DNA of 64,000 nucleotides. Origin: Octopus sinensis (taxonomy: Eukaryota). The stretch covers positions 2,357 to 66,356 of the forward strand of contig NW_021836165.1 in NCBI RefSeq assembly GCF_006345805.1. The letters run 5' to 3'. Both the position numbers and the translations under genes were made by a program. The notes beneath the pieces were generated by a model that was not told where the DNA came from, made no database searches, and saw only the letters and a list, made by a program, of their open reading frames with translations. Position 1 is the stretch's first letter. Every line of letters starts with the position of its first letter. Shown here piece after piece: positions 35,141 through 49,075 of this stretch.

Positions 35141-35702
35141 GAAGCACAGCGACTGAAATTCACTGGAAAAGCCAGCTCTTCACCTTCGGTTGATTGTTTT
35201 TTAGGAGAAATCTTTTCATGGACGATCCGATAAAACTTAGGAATCTCGAATTTATAGATTTATATTATATATTAAATTTTGTGCTATAGCATAATGATGA
35301 ATTAGCAATTAATTATGCAGCTCGATTTCCTAAATGTAATATCCGGAACTCTAACTGCAAAGAATAGAAATAACAAAGATTCAAAACTCATTTCTGAATT
35401 ATAAAGAGTTAAAATTCTGATTGTTTCAAAATCGGGTAAAAATGGGTTATAATTATGTATTCCCAGATTAGTCAGTTACCATAACTTTTCTAAGTAGTAT
35501 GTAATTACGCCGGGCATTCTCAAAGGGTAGGAAACGGTGGGTGGTCTGGGACAGGTTAAAAAGTGTAAAGAAAGTTGTGATATGATTAGAAAAATGAGAA
35601 ATTTGAATTAAAAAGTAAAAAAAATAGTTACTTGAAAATAAATTTTTTCCAATTATTTATATACAAATATATTTTAAATTCAGAATTTAAATTTTTAGAA
35701 AA

Positions 35703-37393
35703 ATGATAATAAATTTTAATAACAAAATTATTCAAATGCATTACGAATTTTGTTCTAATACTGTTAACATAGAAAAGCTAATGACTCATGAAAAAAAAGT
35801 TTGGGGAGATAAAGTATATTGTCTATTTTCAAATTTTTATAGAATATTATAACATTTTGTTTATCATTCAAGAATATTTCAGAAAGATTTGAGCCATTAT
35901 GCCACAAATTTCGAATAAAGAATTGGTGTGAAATTTTCAAGATTAAAAAAACAAAAATTAAACCTCATAATGAACTAAATAAATTCGAGATTAATAATAA
36001 TACAAGTATTTTTACATATACTTAATTTTAGAGATAATTCCTCCCTATTTTTGTATTTATGAAGACAGACATGACTTAGTAAACTTTGTTCTCAGTGAAT
36101 TTTCAGCACACAGCCCAATTCAACTCAATTCAAACATTCCATTTTTGTTCGTTTTTTAATATTTATTTAGAAAAAATATTGTTTCGATATTATTACATTA
36201 TTTTACTATTGATACATCCATATTTGTTTTAAAGAAACTAATATCAAATCCAAAGTATATGTTTCCTTTATGTTATTATGACTGCGAACTTCTAAACAAA
36301 GCCTTTCATAATCTTCTTTACCGGAAATCAGTAATAATTACAGTTCAAAAAAATAGAACAAATATTTGCATATATTCAAAGAATTTAATGAGTTGAATTC
36401 TAGTTATACTGATTGGACAATTTTCATATTTAATCTGATTCCTTTTTCTTATCTGGTTTAATAAATAATTAATTTTTTAGTTAAGAGTAATTGATGCTTA
36501 TTTTATGTATGGAGTAAAAATAATCTTCAAGTTTGGAATTTCACTTTTTTTGATTTTTATTAATTCTGAAAGTAAAATATAAATTTATTAAAATCCAGAA
36601 AATGACTTTGAGATTGAACAAATGGAAATATTTTATAGTTCTTTTAAATTTCATGATCTATTTAAGGTTATTTCAACATATTTCTTACATTAAATTAGAT
36701 TGCATATTCCTTGAAATTCACAGATGAAGACATTGAAAACGCATTTGTTCAAGATAATACTATTTTGTTGAAATCAACTAAAATTGATTATATTGAAGAA
36801 AATATACAAAATCTAAATTCCAAATTATAAATGTCAATCAAGTGAATATTTATATTTATACTGCTTAGCTTAAAAAAACTATATTCACATATGCCATTTA
36901 GAATTGGCTGTAAATCTCCCCAGTTAAACTTCTGCACTGATGACGATGGATGGAGTTTTCAAACTTTTTATAAAAAATTAAAATACATCAAGAGTCTATA
37001 TTTTATTCAAAACTAATAAAACGAGGTAATTTGTCGAAAAATAATGATTAAGAGCTTTGGGTTTTCAGTGGATGTAAATTAGATATTCTAATGACTGAAA
37101 AGTGTTTATCAGGGAAATGGAGAGAAACTTTCGTGTTTAGACTAAATCCAAATTTTTCTGTACATCATGGTCAGAAATAGAGAGTAATCAATGTTTTTTG
37201 TCTTGAATTCTGAATATTTTTCTGTAGGCGATGGGTTTGAATATTAGTTTTCACAATTAGTTCTATTGAAGCTATTTTTATTTTTAATGATCTACTTTCG
37301 GGAACTACTCATAGTTGTCTTACGTTCAATAATCCTCCATTGGCTTCAAATGAATTTTCATGTATTAAAATCGAAATTATTGGATTTAGTTAA
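35703..37393 (+). CDS. TBC1D24: TBC1D24/skywalker-like Rab-GAP (TBC + TLDc domains), multi-exon
   Basis: Spliced PFLKNIVSILLHYF and LRVIDAYFMYGVKIIFKFGI (TBC); FCTDDDGWSFQTFY, ETFVFRLNP, GTTHSCLTFNNPPL...IEIIGFS* (TLDc); ~24-30 nt introns. Start codon tentative. Confidence 0.8.
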
Positions 37394-37789
37394 AATACCA
37401 TTTTTTGTTTTATTCTATATATTTTGACTAAAATAATAAGCATATTTCGAACACATATAAAGTTCGTATCGTAAATACTGAAAAAAGAGAAAAAATGTAA
37501 TTTAGAAACATCTGATATAAGAAAAAGACAAGAACTGTGTGGAAAATAAGGAATTTGTTCATCTTTTAAGTTTATTCAACGTGAAGAAGAACACCTCAAT
37601 CGGAACTATTTTTATCGGTTCCTGAACGTTGTGTTGCGTTTTTTAAAAAGTCTCCTCATTGATTTCCAACCTGAATTTAATTTCTATCACTTAATTTTTG
37701 ATATTTAGATCCCGTCGTTAAAGAATTCTGGTACTCTCCAGAGTTTTTCTATTTCAATACACAAGTTGACTAATAAATAAAACAATAAA

Positions 37790-38290
37790 CTAATTAAAGA
37801 CTTCACGAGAAGCTCGACCAGCCTTGCGAATATCAAACCCATTCCCTTGGATGATTGACTTTCCAAGAGCCAAGATGACTCTCTTTAGTCGTGTCGTATT
37901 CTTGATATCCGTCAACCAAGCAAGCGAAGGAAACAAAGCGTCTTGGGGCCAAAGATGTCGAAGGACTGCAAGCGATTGGAGTAAAAATATGAATTTGAAA
38001 GGTGGCCGTACTTGCGATCCTCTGTCCGCCTCTACGTGTGCTGAGGATCGACAGCCGCCCGAATGTGTCTGAGCAGGTAGAATCTTAAATAAAAGATTTT
38101 TCCTGCACGTATGGAAACGTGGACAGGCCGTATAGGAGTTTGCCGTCTTCTTTATCCAGGCTCGAGGGAAATTGCGATGCTCAAAAAATTTTTGTCCATC
38201 AGATTCTCGATGGAAGACCGAGAGGAAGAGCCTTTCACCAAGCACCACTGCCTTGACAGCGAACTCCAATGGAGACAAGCGAGTCGGTAT
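37790..38290 (-). mobile_element. CRE-like 3' fragment
   Basis: VEADR/IRKYGHL, FGPKTLCFL and SIIQGN-type C-terminal motifs across frames. Confidence 0.55.
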
Positions 38291-38419
38291 TGATTGGAGA
38301 CGGAAGCCAAGTCGTTGTATATTGATTTTCTGTTTTATTCTCGAAATTAACGTAAATAATAAAAAGATGTTAGATACAAAAAAAAAACAACTTTGTATAT
38401 TTATCAGAAATTGTGGACT

Positions 38420-38765
38420 TCTTTGGAACTACGGGAAACGTTCTGACGGGTTGACTACGTTCCTTTTCAGGAGAGGTAGGTCATTTGTTTGGAACGTGAC
38501 CTATTTGGATTCTTTTTCCGAAACGCTGTTGTCATAAACAGCATGAGGAAGAGATTGAAATACATAGTTTTTTCTGGCGCTTACGAGTTCGTCCCCCTTG
38601 TTTTTGAGACCACTGGCGTGGTCGGTAAGGAGGCCTAGAGGTTGTTGCGTATGCTTGACAATAAAATTGCCTTGAAGAACCATGACCGGAGGGAGGCGAG
38701 CTGGCTCGGTATCTATTATACGTGGGAACTGCCTCTCGATCCGCAGTGCGTCTTCGTCGGACTAG
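38420..38765 (+). mobile_element. CRE-like RLE fragment
   Basis: YGKRSDGLTTFLFRRGRSFVWNVTYLDSFS, YEFVPLVFETTGVVG, SIIRGN. Confidence 0.8.
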
Positions 38766-38989
38766 TTTCTGATTTCATTTTATTAAAAAATAAATATTGA
38801 CATTAAAAAAATTAAATACTATTTAACTTTGATTCATCATTGCGGTCAATATATTAAGTCTATTAAAATGATAGACTTGTATGTTATCGTTAGTTTCAGT
38901 TTAAAACTATATTTGGTCTAAACTCCAAATTTATTCATAAAATAAGCATTCATTTAAAATAAGCATGTAATCAAATATAATTTCTAGTC

Positions 38990-41900
38990 AAAATTGAAAT
39001 GACCTCAATTATCCAATAAGGAATCACGATCCTTTTGTCGTCAATATATTACTAGATAAATAAAAGTATACAAAGAGTTTAATAATGAATTTGTATTTGA
39101 AGATTATTTTTGATTTTTTATTGGATAAAATATGATTAGTTATTTCCTAAACTTAGTCCAAAGAATATTGACTCTATTAAAAATGTCGCCGGCAATTTGA
39201 CTAACTCACGTTCTCAGGCACAAGAAAGCGGTTTTTAATTTTCCAGCAAATATTTAGCCGACGATGAAGACTATTTTGGTATAGTCTCTAACCATGGGCT
39301 GTACCTTTCCTATCAACTTCTCAGATTTGTTGAGATCAAAAAACTTCAGCGAAAAGTTATATTTTATTTAAATATTTCAGTGTCTTGGGATTTTAAACTA
39401 TTTCATGTCTGTAGAACGAATCATCACAATTTCAGACTCCTGCGTGGTCGTGGGTGAGGACAAAGTTTATAGTACATGGTTTGTAGTTACCGAGTGCTCA
39501 TTTGTAGTACAACTGGCCGTAAAAATAATGAACACAGATTAGAAACATTTGATTACCTTTATGACTCGCCTCTTGACTACATGTGTTTTTAATAATAAAC
39601 CGAATGAGTAGGGTACATGAAGTAGATTTTATGGAATTTTCTGACATCAAAAGTCACTTTGACTTTTATGTGGAACAGGATGGGGTTCTCCACACTGTTG
39701 ATTCGCGTGGGATGTACGTAGTATACGACGAGGCAATCAAAATCAACAAGTATTGTAAATAACTCTAAAAATAAAGTAAACTCCAAAAAGAGCTTTTGTC
39801 AGTAGCTTCTTACTATTTGAGAGAAAATATTCAATTCACAGAGACAGAAAAATTCGGTACGCGTTTAAACATTATGCAGATGAGTCCTCATATTGTGGAG
39901 GAGTTTGAGAGAATTGATCGATTCGAGATTTTATACGACATTTGGCAGTGTGAATGGAAGTACTTACAAAGCAAATTGAAAGTTAAAAACGTTCGAGTAT
40001 ATGTTAGCTCGTCGATTTCTTCTTTGAAGTCCTTCTCAACTCATTAGACAAAAAAGTTATTAACAAACTCAATCAAACGATAATTGACAAAATATATGAA
40101 CGACCCCGTTTTGACGGAGAAGAAGAATATTTCAAACAAATTTACGATATAGAAGAAGAGTGCAACGAGAGGTATTATCGGTTGATGGTCGGGATTGGTC
40201 TTGATCTGGTTAGATGCTGAGATTAAAAGTATTTAGGTAAAAGGACAAAGACGCTTTGACTCAATGTTCAAAGACTCAGCCAGTTTATTAGGAATCAACT
40301 CTAGATCAAGCAAATTTGAGGACGACCTTGTGTCAATAAATTATGGAAGGTAGTGTTTATCCGTTTTTTCTGGCCCGCCATATGTCCATTTCATTTTTGT
40401 GAGTTTCAGGAGAGTTTAGCTGGGTTTTTGAATGTGGAAGAATCGTTCTGCTTGTTAAAACTTGTAAAATGAATTGCCTATAAAATAGGATTTAGAAAAG
40501 CCCATTTCTAAAGATTCAATTCGTTTTCTACAAGCACATATCAGTATAATAAAAGAAATGCAGTCACTGTGGAGTAACTGTGATTTATACGAAGGATCCA
40601 TAACCAACATTTCAACTAATGTTTACTTAATTATTTATCCAGGTCTTTAACCCTATTCTTGACAATCCAATATTTGTCGGTAATTTTGCTGCTAAAATAT
40701 TTAACGAAAAATCAAAAGAATGGTTAAGGTTAATTTGCAATCTATTAGAGGTTAGAGACTTGTTTTACCTCTAGAGAATCAAAATCAGGGACAACTTTAT
40801 AAAACTAATTCAAGAAAAATACGTGCTGATGAAAGTTTAGCTTACATTATTTTATCTTAGGATTACAAGGAAAACCTTCTGGCAAGTAAAATAGACGAAT
40901 ACCATCTCTACATGCGATACGTGCAGTTTGATTACTACTCAGATGGTCAGAAAAACGGCGGAAAAGACGAGATTGACCAGTATTTGACTTAGCTTAATTT
41001 TGTAGATATTCCCAAGAAGGTAGGTAGGTCTTTGCATGAGGAAATCGACAACGTCCACCTAAACAGTTTCGACCTTACTACGGTCGAGGGAATAAAAAAT
41101 GTATTTAGAAATATAAAATGTTTTAGCTAATTTTTACCTCGGATTTAGAGAATATGAGATCTGCCGAGTTGGTCGAGACAGTCAACTGCAATTTGCTATA
41201 TGCCGCTCTATTATACATGAAGACTTTTTCCTCTAAAAGTGAAAAGAGAAAATCGTAAAAGTAAATTTGATATGAAATAGAATTTTTGGAATGTATGATG
41301 CCTTTTCTTCTAAAAATGGTAATGATAGCTCGGAGATGACTTCTTTCAAAATTAAAAATTTAAACCCATCAAGCAATATCTTTTACAAATTTCTAGAATT
41401 TATTTCAATTCAACTTCTAAAGGTTAGTTGTAAATAATTATAAACAAAATTAGAGACCCATAAGAGACAAAATGTTACAGGATTTTGCAATAAATTGCAA
41501 ACAAAAGGGGATCATTATGAGCAATGTCGAAGAATTGCAAAAGAATAAAAGGTATATCAAAAATACCGGATTTTAGGAATTTTGTTATCATTTTTTGCAG
41601 CTCGTTGCAGGAAAGAGTAGATGAACTTCTCCTTAGATCAGGAATTTGCACATTTTATCAGGAAATTTATGAATTACTTGAAGACTTTGTGGCCATTAGG
41701 TTGATGTATTTTATTTTTATTTTAAAGAAATGGGTATTTTTCAACACATAGTGAGTCGGAAGACAACCAAAGTGAAGAAAATAACAAAATCTGGTTAAAA
41801 TAAAATATTTATTCAGCAGGAATACAAGAGAAAATTCAGTCATTTCTCCCTGTGGAAATAAAATTGGGAATATATTTTATTTGCCAGATATTCCTGAAAT

Positions 41901-44900
41901 ATTAAATTTATATCAAAATAATCTAAAAAAAAAAGATTTGCTTGAGAAACATTTTCAATTGATTGGAAATCTTTATGGACTTGTGAGTTATCTGTGCATT
42001 CTGACAACATTCAAAAAACATTTATTCACTAAGTATAAGAATAGGAACGAAGTAAATTTTGCTACTTGGGGAGGGCAAACAGAAATTGGTAGATAGTTAA
42101 AAAATGAATTTTTATAGGAAAAAATTTGCATGAACTACAAAGATCAATCGACCAATTAAGGTTGAAAGAAAATTCCATCTCAAAAACAATCGAATTATTT
42201 TTATTATTATTATTATTAGAACCAAGATCACCGTCCAAAACATAAAACATTTAATCAGGTGATCCGGCTTATCTGAGGAGGGTCCTCAGCTTTGCCGGTG
42301 CTCCTCCCTTGTCCCGGCACAATTCTGTGAGGGCGCGGCGCGTGGTGTTTTAGGCCCTGTAGCCCCGAGGTTTCTTCTCAAGATTTATTAAATGGGGCGA
42401 TGAGTAGATGTTCGTTGGTCCCTGCAGTGCTTTTCGGAAGCGATCTTGAGTTTCTCGATTTTAGTGCGGTTCGTTCCACTGATAAACCCTCCCACGCCTC
42501 ACAAAGCATAGTAAGGGAGGGTTCGATGAATTGCCGGTATAAGGCTTCGTGCGGGAAGAAGCTGATAACTGTCTGCATTACGAAGAAACATTTCAAGATG
42601 TTCAGTTTCTTCATGCACCTCGTAGTAATATTATCGACTTGTTGAGAGAAACACATATGACTGTCGAAGTCATCCGAGGATTTTCTGAGATTTTTTGAAA
42701 CGGGATTTCCATGTTATTTAGGTACAGGTTCATCACCGTTTTACCAAGCTTCCTTGCTGAGGTCATAAGCGTGGTGACGATTTTTCCGGACTCGAGGAAA
42801 TATCATTTTCCTAAACACTAAACGTCCTTCAATCTCATTAAGGAAGATTTATCAGGAAATCAAGTTACAATTCCGTTTTTATATTTATAAATGATTCAAC
42901 AGATACTGGCCCAAAAAATGGATATCATTAAATTCGTCTGAGCGAATTGAAGAAATTGTCTTATTTTAAATGTAAGTTAGAATAAATAACATGTAGGGGA
43001 ATCAAAACAAATCCTGAAAAACGTAGGACATCATACTTATTATCATTTGAAATGTCTTTTTTTATGGATTCCAACGTATCTCGAGGTCTGTTATAGTTAG
43101 TTTTATACATTTATTAGAGAAAAGTTGCATGGAGTCATCACAAGCGTGTTTATACTTCTTGATGAATTGCTTAAACATGGAAATACGATAGGAACATGTC
43201 TTAGTCTTTTTGATGATAATCCCAAACTTGTTAAGTCACTGACATTGGAAGATCAAGAGTCATTCAGTGATCAGTTTTGGACAAACAATAGTCACAGTTT
43301 ACTTAAAAAGCCCTGCGCTTTGGACAAAGTCGTTAATTCAATTGAAAGCCTTTATTTACAAAAGATTTTTCCTCTGATGGCTTTGAAACAGATGAAACTT
43401 AGAAAACGCTGGCTTTTTTACAGAAATGCGAGCATTGTAACATTCCTACCAGACGAGTAGATTTGAAAAAAATTGTTAAAAATTAGGAATATTTACGAAC
43501 GTGAAATAAGAGAACCTATATTTGCTCTCATCCCCACTTCTAAAAAAATCAATAACCACGGATTCTTCAGTTTGTATCCAAACCAAACCGCAGACAACAT
43601 TTCGTCATTCGAACTACTTTTTAAATCAAAAGAAGTATACATTAATCAATAAAATTTCAAGATTTTAGTCTTATTGGAGAGGTTGGAGTGTCTGTGTATA
43701 GAGGAAATAACCAAAAGAATCCAAAAACAGTTCGTATTAGCATTAGCGGAAAAGCAGCGAAGCGAAGAGACTCTTCCAGTTGATTTATGGAGAAAGAAAG
43801 TTAAGCTGTAAATATTTATACATTTAGGGCGTCGAAGAAACCCTAACACTAAATCGACCTAATATTATCGAAAAATTGTGCGAGAAAGTGTTATTAATAG
43901 CAAAGACCGATGAACAGAATCAATTGGTTATAAGCCAAAGTGAATTAACAAACATTCTCCAAGATGCTAAAAGTCAAGTTTTTAAAAGAGAAAGAGAGAA
44001 TTTTGAAAGGTAAGGATATTTTTAAATATCTGTAAGTTATACAGCATACTACCAGACATTGTTGAATTATCACAACATTTTATTGCAGTCAAGAGAACAA
44101 GTTCTTATTTTATAACCTTTTTACTATAAAGGAGATTAGCAAATTAAGATACGAACTAAATTTAAGAGAAGCTTCCTCTAAGACGGAAGCACTGCTTAGT
44201 CTTGCCACATTGACACACTCTCAGATATTAGGTTTGTACTAATTGATTTAAAATAGAAAATAACTCTTTGAGGTTCCGAATTGACTATTTGGAGACAAAG
44301 CTTAAGTCCACTCGACAAATGGTGGAGAGCGAGTTTTCCGAACATTACGGAATGGCTGTGAATAGGCTTCTAAACGCATATAATAATCAATCTGCTGCTC
44401 TAAATATATATACGTGAGTTCTAATAGTTCATTATAGATTGGATTATGAAGAAGAAATACTCAAAAGTATCAAAGAATGTCGTTCAGAAGGGCTAAATAT
44501 TATCATGAAAATGAAAGTACAGCCGAGTGGTATGCTTTCGTGAGCTAACAATTGCAGTCAGTTCTATAGAGGAACAGCCGACGGACAATATGGCAGTGGA
44601 GCTTGCTGATGGCAAAAAAACTGATGAGATTCTCCGGACTGTAAATAAGTGGATAGTTTTTCATAACGAACACAAAAAACAGAGAAAAGTAAAAGAAGAG
44701 GCTGTTTATTTAGATGTTTGAATTGGAAAGAGAACTAAAAAAAATAAAAATGAGTCATCTTAAAGCACAAATGGTGAAAAATAACGAGGACGAATACTAT
44801 CGAGGAATGTTTCAATTGATAGAAATTGAAGAAAATAAAAACTACCATCTTTCCATGCAGCTTGCTAAAAACGTATAGCGGTCAAAAATTGACTTTATTT

Positions 44901-45477
44901 CTAAAATTTACGTCGAATTATTAGAGTCAAAGACCAAAGAGGCGAAAATTCAAGCTGAGGGACTAAAACAGTTGGATGCATTAAAAAATCAAAATTACAA
45001 AAATATGGTATTATTTATCCAGAATGATATTGTAGAAAGAAGAACTGATTGCGAAAGAGCAAGAACTTTCAAAAAGAAATCACGCAATTCAGGAAATGTC
45101 ACAGCGATATCATTCAGAGATTTCAAATTATAAAAAGGAAGAAAAATTTGCAAAAGAACGGATTAAAAAAGAGTCTTCTCTTAAACTTCGTTCATTAATG
45201 AAGTAGTAAAACAACTAAAAGAACAGGTAATGACAAATTAATGTATAAAGATTTATGGTGTGGAAAATAGATCGGTTACATTCTGTTCTCTTCCCAGTAG
45301 AAACAACACTCCAAGTTCAGGTGAAGTTACAAATATAATGAAACAGGATATGCAAGTCTGCGCTCAGTGTTGAAGCAGCCACAAAGCACTTTTCATGGAT
45401 CGAACGCATACTCTTTGAGAAGAGTGCAGAGTGCCAGATACGACTCGAGGAATAAGACTTTAAAGAAGATTGAATAA
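38990..45477 (+). CDS. CCDC162: CCDC162-like large protein with C-terminal coiled coil; dozens of micro-introns; 5' end uncertain
   Basis: LRFVEIKKLQRK|CLGILNYFMSVERIITI, DSRGMYVVYDEA, KELLSVASYY, DRFEILYDIWQCE and ERPRFD match my recollection of CCDC162-family motifs; E/K-rich C-terminal exons. Confidence 0.65.
42195..42830 (-). mobile_element. Jockey/I-like LINE 3' fragment inside an intron
   Basis: CFSQQVDNITTRCMKKLNILK...LYRQFIEPSL, related to the 16537 LINE; (TAA)n tail at 42195-42217. Confidence 0.7.
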
Positions 45478-46046
45478 TGCAAAATTTAGAGTTCAATATT
45501 ATACTTAAAAATAATAAAATAACAGTAAATAAATAGTTGGATATTTTAATTTACCGAGATTTGGGATTATATGGTTTGGGATATTTTATTTTCTCACTTT
45601 TTTCTCATTTTCACTTTAATCCCTAAACATCGACAGGCAAAGTTCTTTGACAAGAGAATCAGGTCATATCGTTTGTTAGCTATTTAATACATATGGGATT
45701 ATTTAGACTGTTGTTTGCTAGAATCTTAGTTTATCAGAATTTTATGTTCAAAATATTCGAATATGTGGATTAATAATAATCAAACTAATTCTTCAACTTC
45801 TTCCTCAAATAATTTCCTATTTATCGAGATTTTGTCGAACACATGATGGAAAGCGTGGACTTTTTACTAAAAATTTTTATTTATCTTTGTCAAGTAATTT
45901 TATTTGTATTAATTTAAATACACATGTTTTAGGTTTTACGTCGTTTGTGTTGTTGTGTGTTAAACTTGTTATCGTGATATAAAATTGCAACTTCATTAAA
46001 AAAAAAATTCTCTCATTCGAAATTCATTAAAAAAATAAATAAATTA

Positions 46047-46240
46047 GACGACAGCGGTCAGAGTCCTCTGCACTGCGCAGTCCGATCATATAACGTTGAG
46101 GCAATCGATGTGCTCCTTCTTCACGGGGCTGGTTATATTTTTATTTTGAATAAAGATGTAAATTGCCGGGGAGAGGCTTGATAACCATCCTATTTCGATA
46201 TGTAGAAATAAATTCTTATAACTTGCTTCCATTTCATCAC
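46047..46240 (+). pseudogene. ankyrin-repeat gene fragment
   Basis: After the AG acceptor: DDSGQSPLHCAVRSYNVEAIDVLLLHGA|intron|DVNCRG, then stops. Confidence 0.6.
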
Positions 46241-46262
46241 ATAAAGAATTACGAATTCTAGA

Positions 46263-46375
46263 ATTTTTAGATCGAGTTTTATATAATTGATCATTTTTAT
46301 CAAATCATCCATAACTGATTTTTAGATCGAGTTTTATATAATTGATCATTTTTTTCAAATCATCCAAAACTGATT
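46263..46375. repeat. 55-bp tandem duplication
   Basis: ATTTTTAGATCGAGTTTTATATAATTGATCATTTTT...AACTG at 46263 and 46318. Confidence 0.9.
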
Positions 46376-46539
46376 TCAAAGCAGACGGACGAGTTTTCAA
46401 AACCAATACATCACGATGTAAAAAACAATATTATTATTATTAAAAGCACTCCCGAGAAGTCATAAAACTAATTAAGCTTTCCTTGTGCCGCGTGAACAAC
46501 AATACTGTCCCACAGCAGTTTCGAGTTTCCTTCCAATAA

Positions 46540-47080
46540 TTTTGAGATCCTAATTTAGCACCGACAAATTCGAAAAATGGTTTCTCACTATGAACACCGA
46601 AAAAACCGAATATATATCCTTAAGCCAATCGGAAAGACGCACTGATAAATCATGGAGAAAGCAAAAAAAATTGGGAACGCTCCTGGGAGACACAGAGGAT
46701 GTTACCCGAAGGAAAATCCTTTCAAATGGAGCCTTTAGAAAGCTTATGTCTTTATGCGAAACTAAAAAGAAGCTAACTGAAAAACGAAAATAAGGATATA
46801 CAACTCGTTTGTATTGGAAAGACAAAATCCTTACATACAACTGTGGAACCTGGGGACTCACAAAACTGGAAAATCAGAAACTAGACAGTTCATAGATCTC
46901 AATTACGTGCAGCACTCAGCATCCGCTACCCGCAGAAGATCTTAGATCGAAATCCTGAAATCACGATGGAGGCTATTTGGCGACATTCTGCGGATGGACG
47001 TCGCCAGTCCTGCTAACATTGCTATGGAAACATATTTCATGCAATGCGGAGACGCATTCCGAGAAAGACCAAAAACAATA
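46540..47080 (+). mobile_element. RTE-clade LINE C-terminal fragment
   Basis: MNTEKTEY...WRKQKKLGTLLG...ILTYNCGTWGLT...RWRLFGDILRMD; same family as 2939-3460. Confidence 0.8.
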
Positions 47081-47199
47081 TGTAGAAAGTATTTAATTAT
47101 TTGTGCTTTTAGTAAAGAAACTGAATTTAATTATATAAAACAGAATATACAAGTTCATTAAGTCTTCCAGACATAGATGGATTAATAGAATTATTAACA

Positions 47200-47430
47200 C
47201 GCACTACACATTCTTTTTGCTTAATTCTTTAAATTAATCAATTGAATAATCTTTATATTCCGGATGGGTAGATAAAAAATGTCTTCAAAGTTTAGAAAGA
47301 ACTATTGATTCATTTGAAAACATCTCCATTCAAATAAGACACTGTGATGAACTATTTTCAGTGCCACAACATTCAAAACCCATAGATAAAAAAGATGATT
47401 TGTAATTGAACAAACGACGTTTGAGAGACA
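47200..47430 (-). mobile_element. hAT (Buster/Charlie) transposase N-terminal zinc-finger remnant
   Basis: YKSSFLSMGF...SQCLI*MEMFSNESIVLSKL*RHFLSTHPEY. Confidence 0.65.
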
Positions 47431-47779
47431 TAACAAATAGCAACGTGATTATAATTATTCACAGGACAACTGTTATGCCAGATATGGTACACTAAAAATT
47501 CATATAAATAGAAATAAAAAACTTTAAAATTAAAATTAATACAACGCATAACCTATGTTTCGCAAATATGCTTTCTGAATAGAAAAATTTGGATGAAACA
47601 TGAATTTTTTCCCAAAACCTACTACGTGTTAAAATATGAGTTTTAAATTATAGCAACTATTATTAATTTTGGCTTATCATATTTTTTTTATTAATAATTA
47701 GTCCTTTTTTTTTAATAAAAAAAAATTTTAAAAGCCTCTTATTAGTTTAAACGTTTTCTATCAAGAATCACAAAAAAGA

Positions 47780-48600
47780 AGGATCATTCCCAATTTTAAT
47801 AAGCGTGAACATGTATTTTCTCATACATGTCATGTCTCATTGTATTGTACTACAAAATCGTCTGTTGCACAATTGTGTATTTCACCATATCTAATCCATC
47901 ATAAAGTGGATATTGTCGTTTGTTAGCGTCCTATTTGCCTAAATTATGGTTATATCCCAAATACCTTAAGATACTATCTCTCTACACTAAAAGTAGCCTG
48001 TATACTTCCATTTTCTTCTCTGAGCCATTATCACTGCAACAGACTATTTAATACGATTCATTTTTAGTTTCCAAATATTCTATGTTCATCATTTTGCAAT
48101 AACAATGATTCTAGTTCTCTTTGATGTTTCAATAGGATATTTATGCCCATAATAGATTAAATGGGACTTTTTTGTGGTGGAATGGACAGTATGTTAGATC
48201 AAAAACAATGTCTTTGATTATATCGCAATAGGTCCAAAACATTAACAGAGTAATTTTAGAGGAAACCATTGATACTCTGATTTAGTCTAAAGAATAATGT
48301 TATATTACAATTTCACCTGTCCCTGTACCCAAGGAGCCATGGTCGTCCACGGACATGTTTAATTTGTACTTTTCACATAAACGGGGCGACAGGTCATTGC
48401 AAAATTCTTCATTGTCTGTATGCAAGATCAATGTGGCCCAATATAATAAAAGATGTTCTGAAATAAACGAAGCAATTTCAGGAGCTTTTGGTAAAAGGAT
48501 AACTAACTATCGCCGATTTCGAAAAGAATCGACAGTACAAGAAATCTAATCTTATATAGCCAAAGTACCAGTTAAAGAATCATTAATATTGAATACTCCT
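47780..48600 (-). pseudogene. unidentified intron-containing coding remnant
   Basis: Open stretches (LLYWATLILHTDNEEFCNDLSPRLCEKYKLNMSVDDHGSLGTG) bounded by ~25-30 nt GT-AG introns; no family recognised. Confidence 0.3.
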
Positions 48601-49075
48601 TAGGTCCATAAATCGGCGAATATACCGATCGGCGACTCCGCCTGCAATGATCGGGCGTAACGGGGGGTTATACCAATGATTTTTGGACTAAAAAATAATA
48701 AAAAAAAACTTAAAACCTGGCAAGGAATACTCTTTAGACACGATTGATCTTGCACGTGATATTCCGTGTATAGCGCGCCCAATTTGAAACAACGGTATCG
48801 ACCAAAATGATTCAAATTGTTCAGCCAATTGAAACTAACATTTATTATGCAAACTTCAAATATTTATTCTTTAAGTTCAGTTCATCGCTGCAGGAAAAAT
48901 TAATTTAAGTCATCTTTAGTGAATATATGGAGCTCCATCCAAAAAACAAATTTATTCTAATTTCAGTATCGTGATCTTTGATCGCGAAAGCGTCATGCTG
49001 ACGAATACGAGCTCGATTGCTCTTAAGTTCCTTAAGTAATTTCTAAGTCTTCTTGTACTTGCATAAACCATTTTT
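48601..49075 (-). mobile_element. possible Merlin/ISXO2-like transposon 3' remnant
   Basis: EQFESFWS...RAIHGISR resembles the ISXO2 ES.W...K...HG motif; GG-starting terminus with repeated ATCGGCGA at 48603-48636. Confidence 0.3.

Noticed and set aside
48705-48790. U1 snRNA (ACTTAAAACCTGGCAAGG)
   Set aside because: Lacks the exact ACTTACCTG 5' end and the U1 stem-loops.
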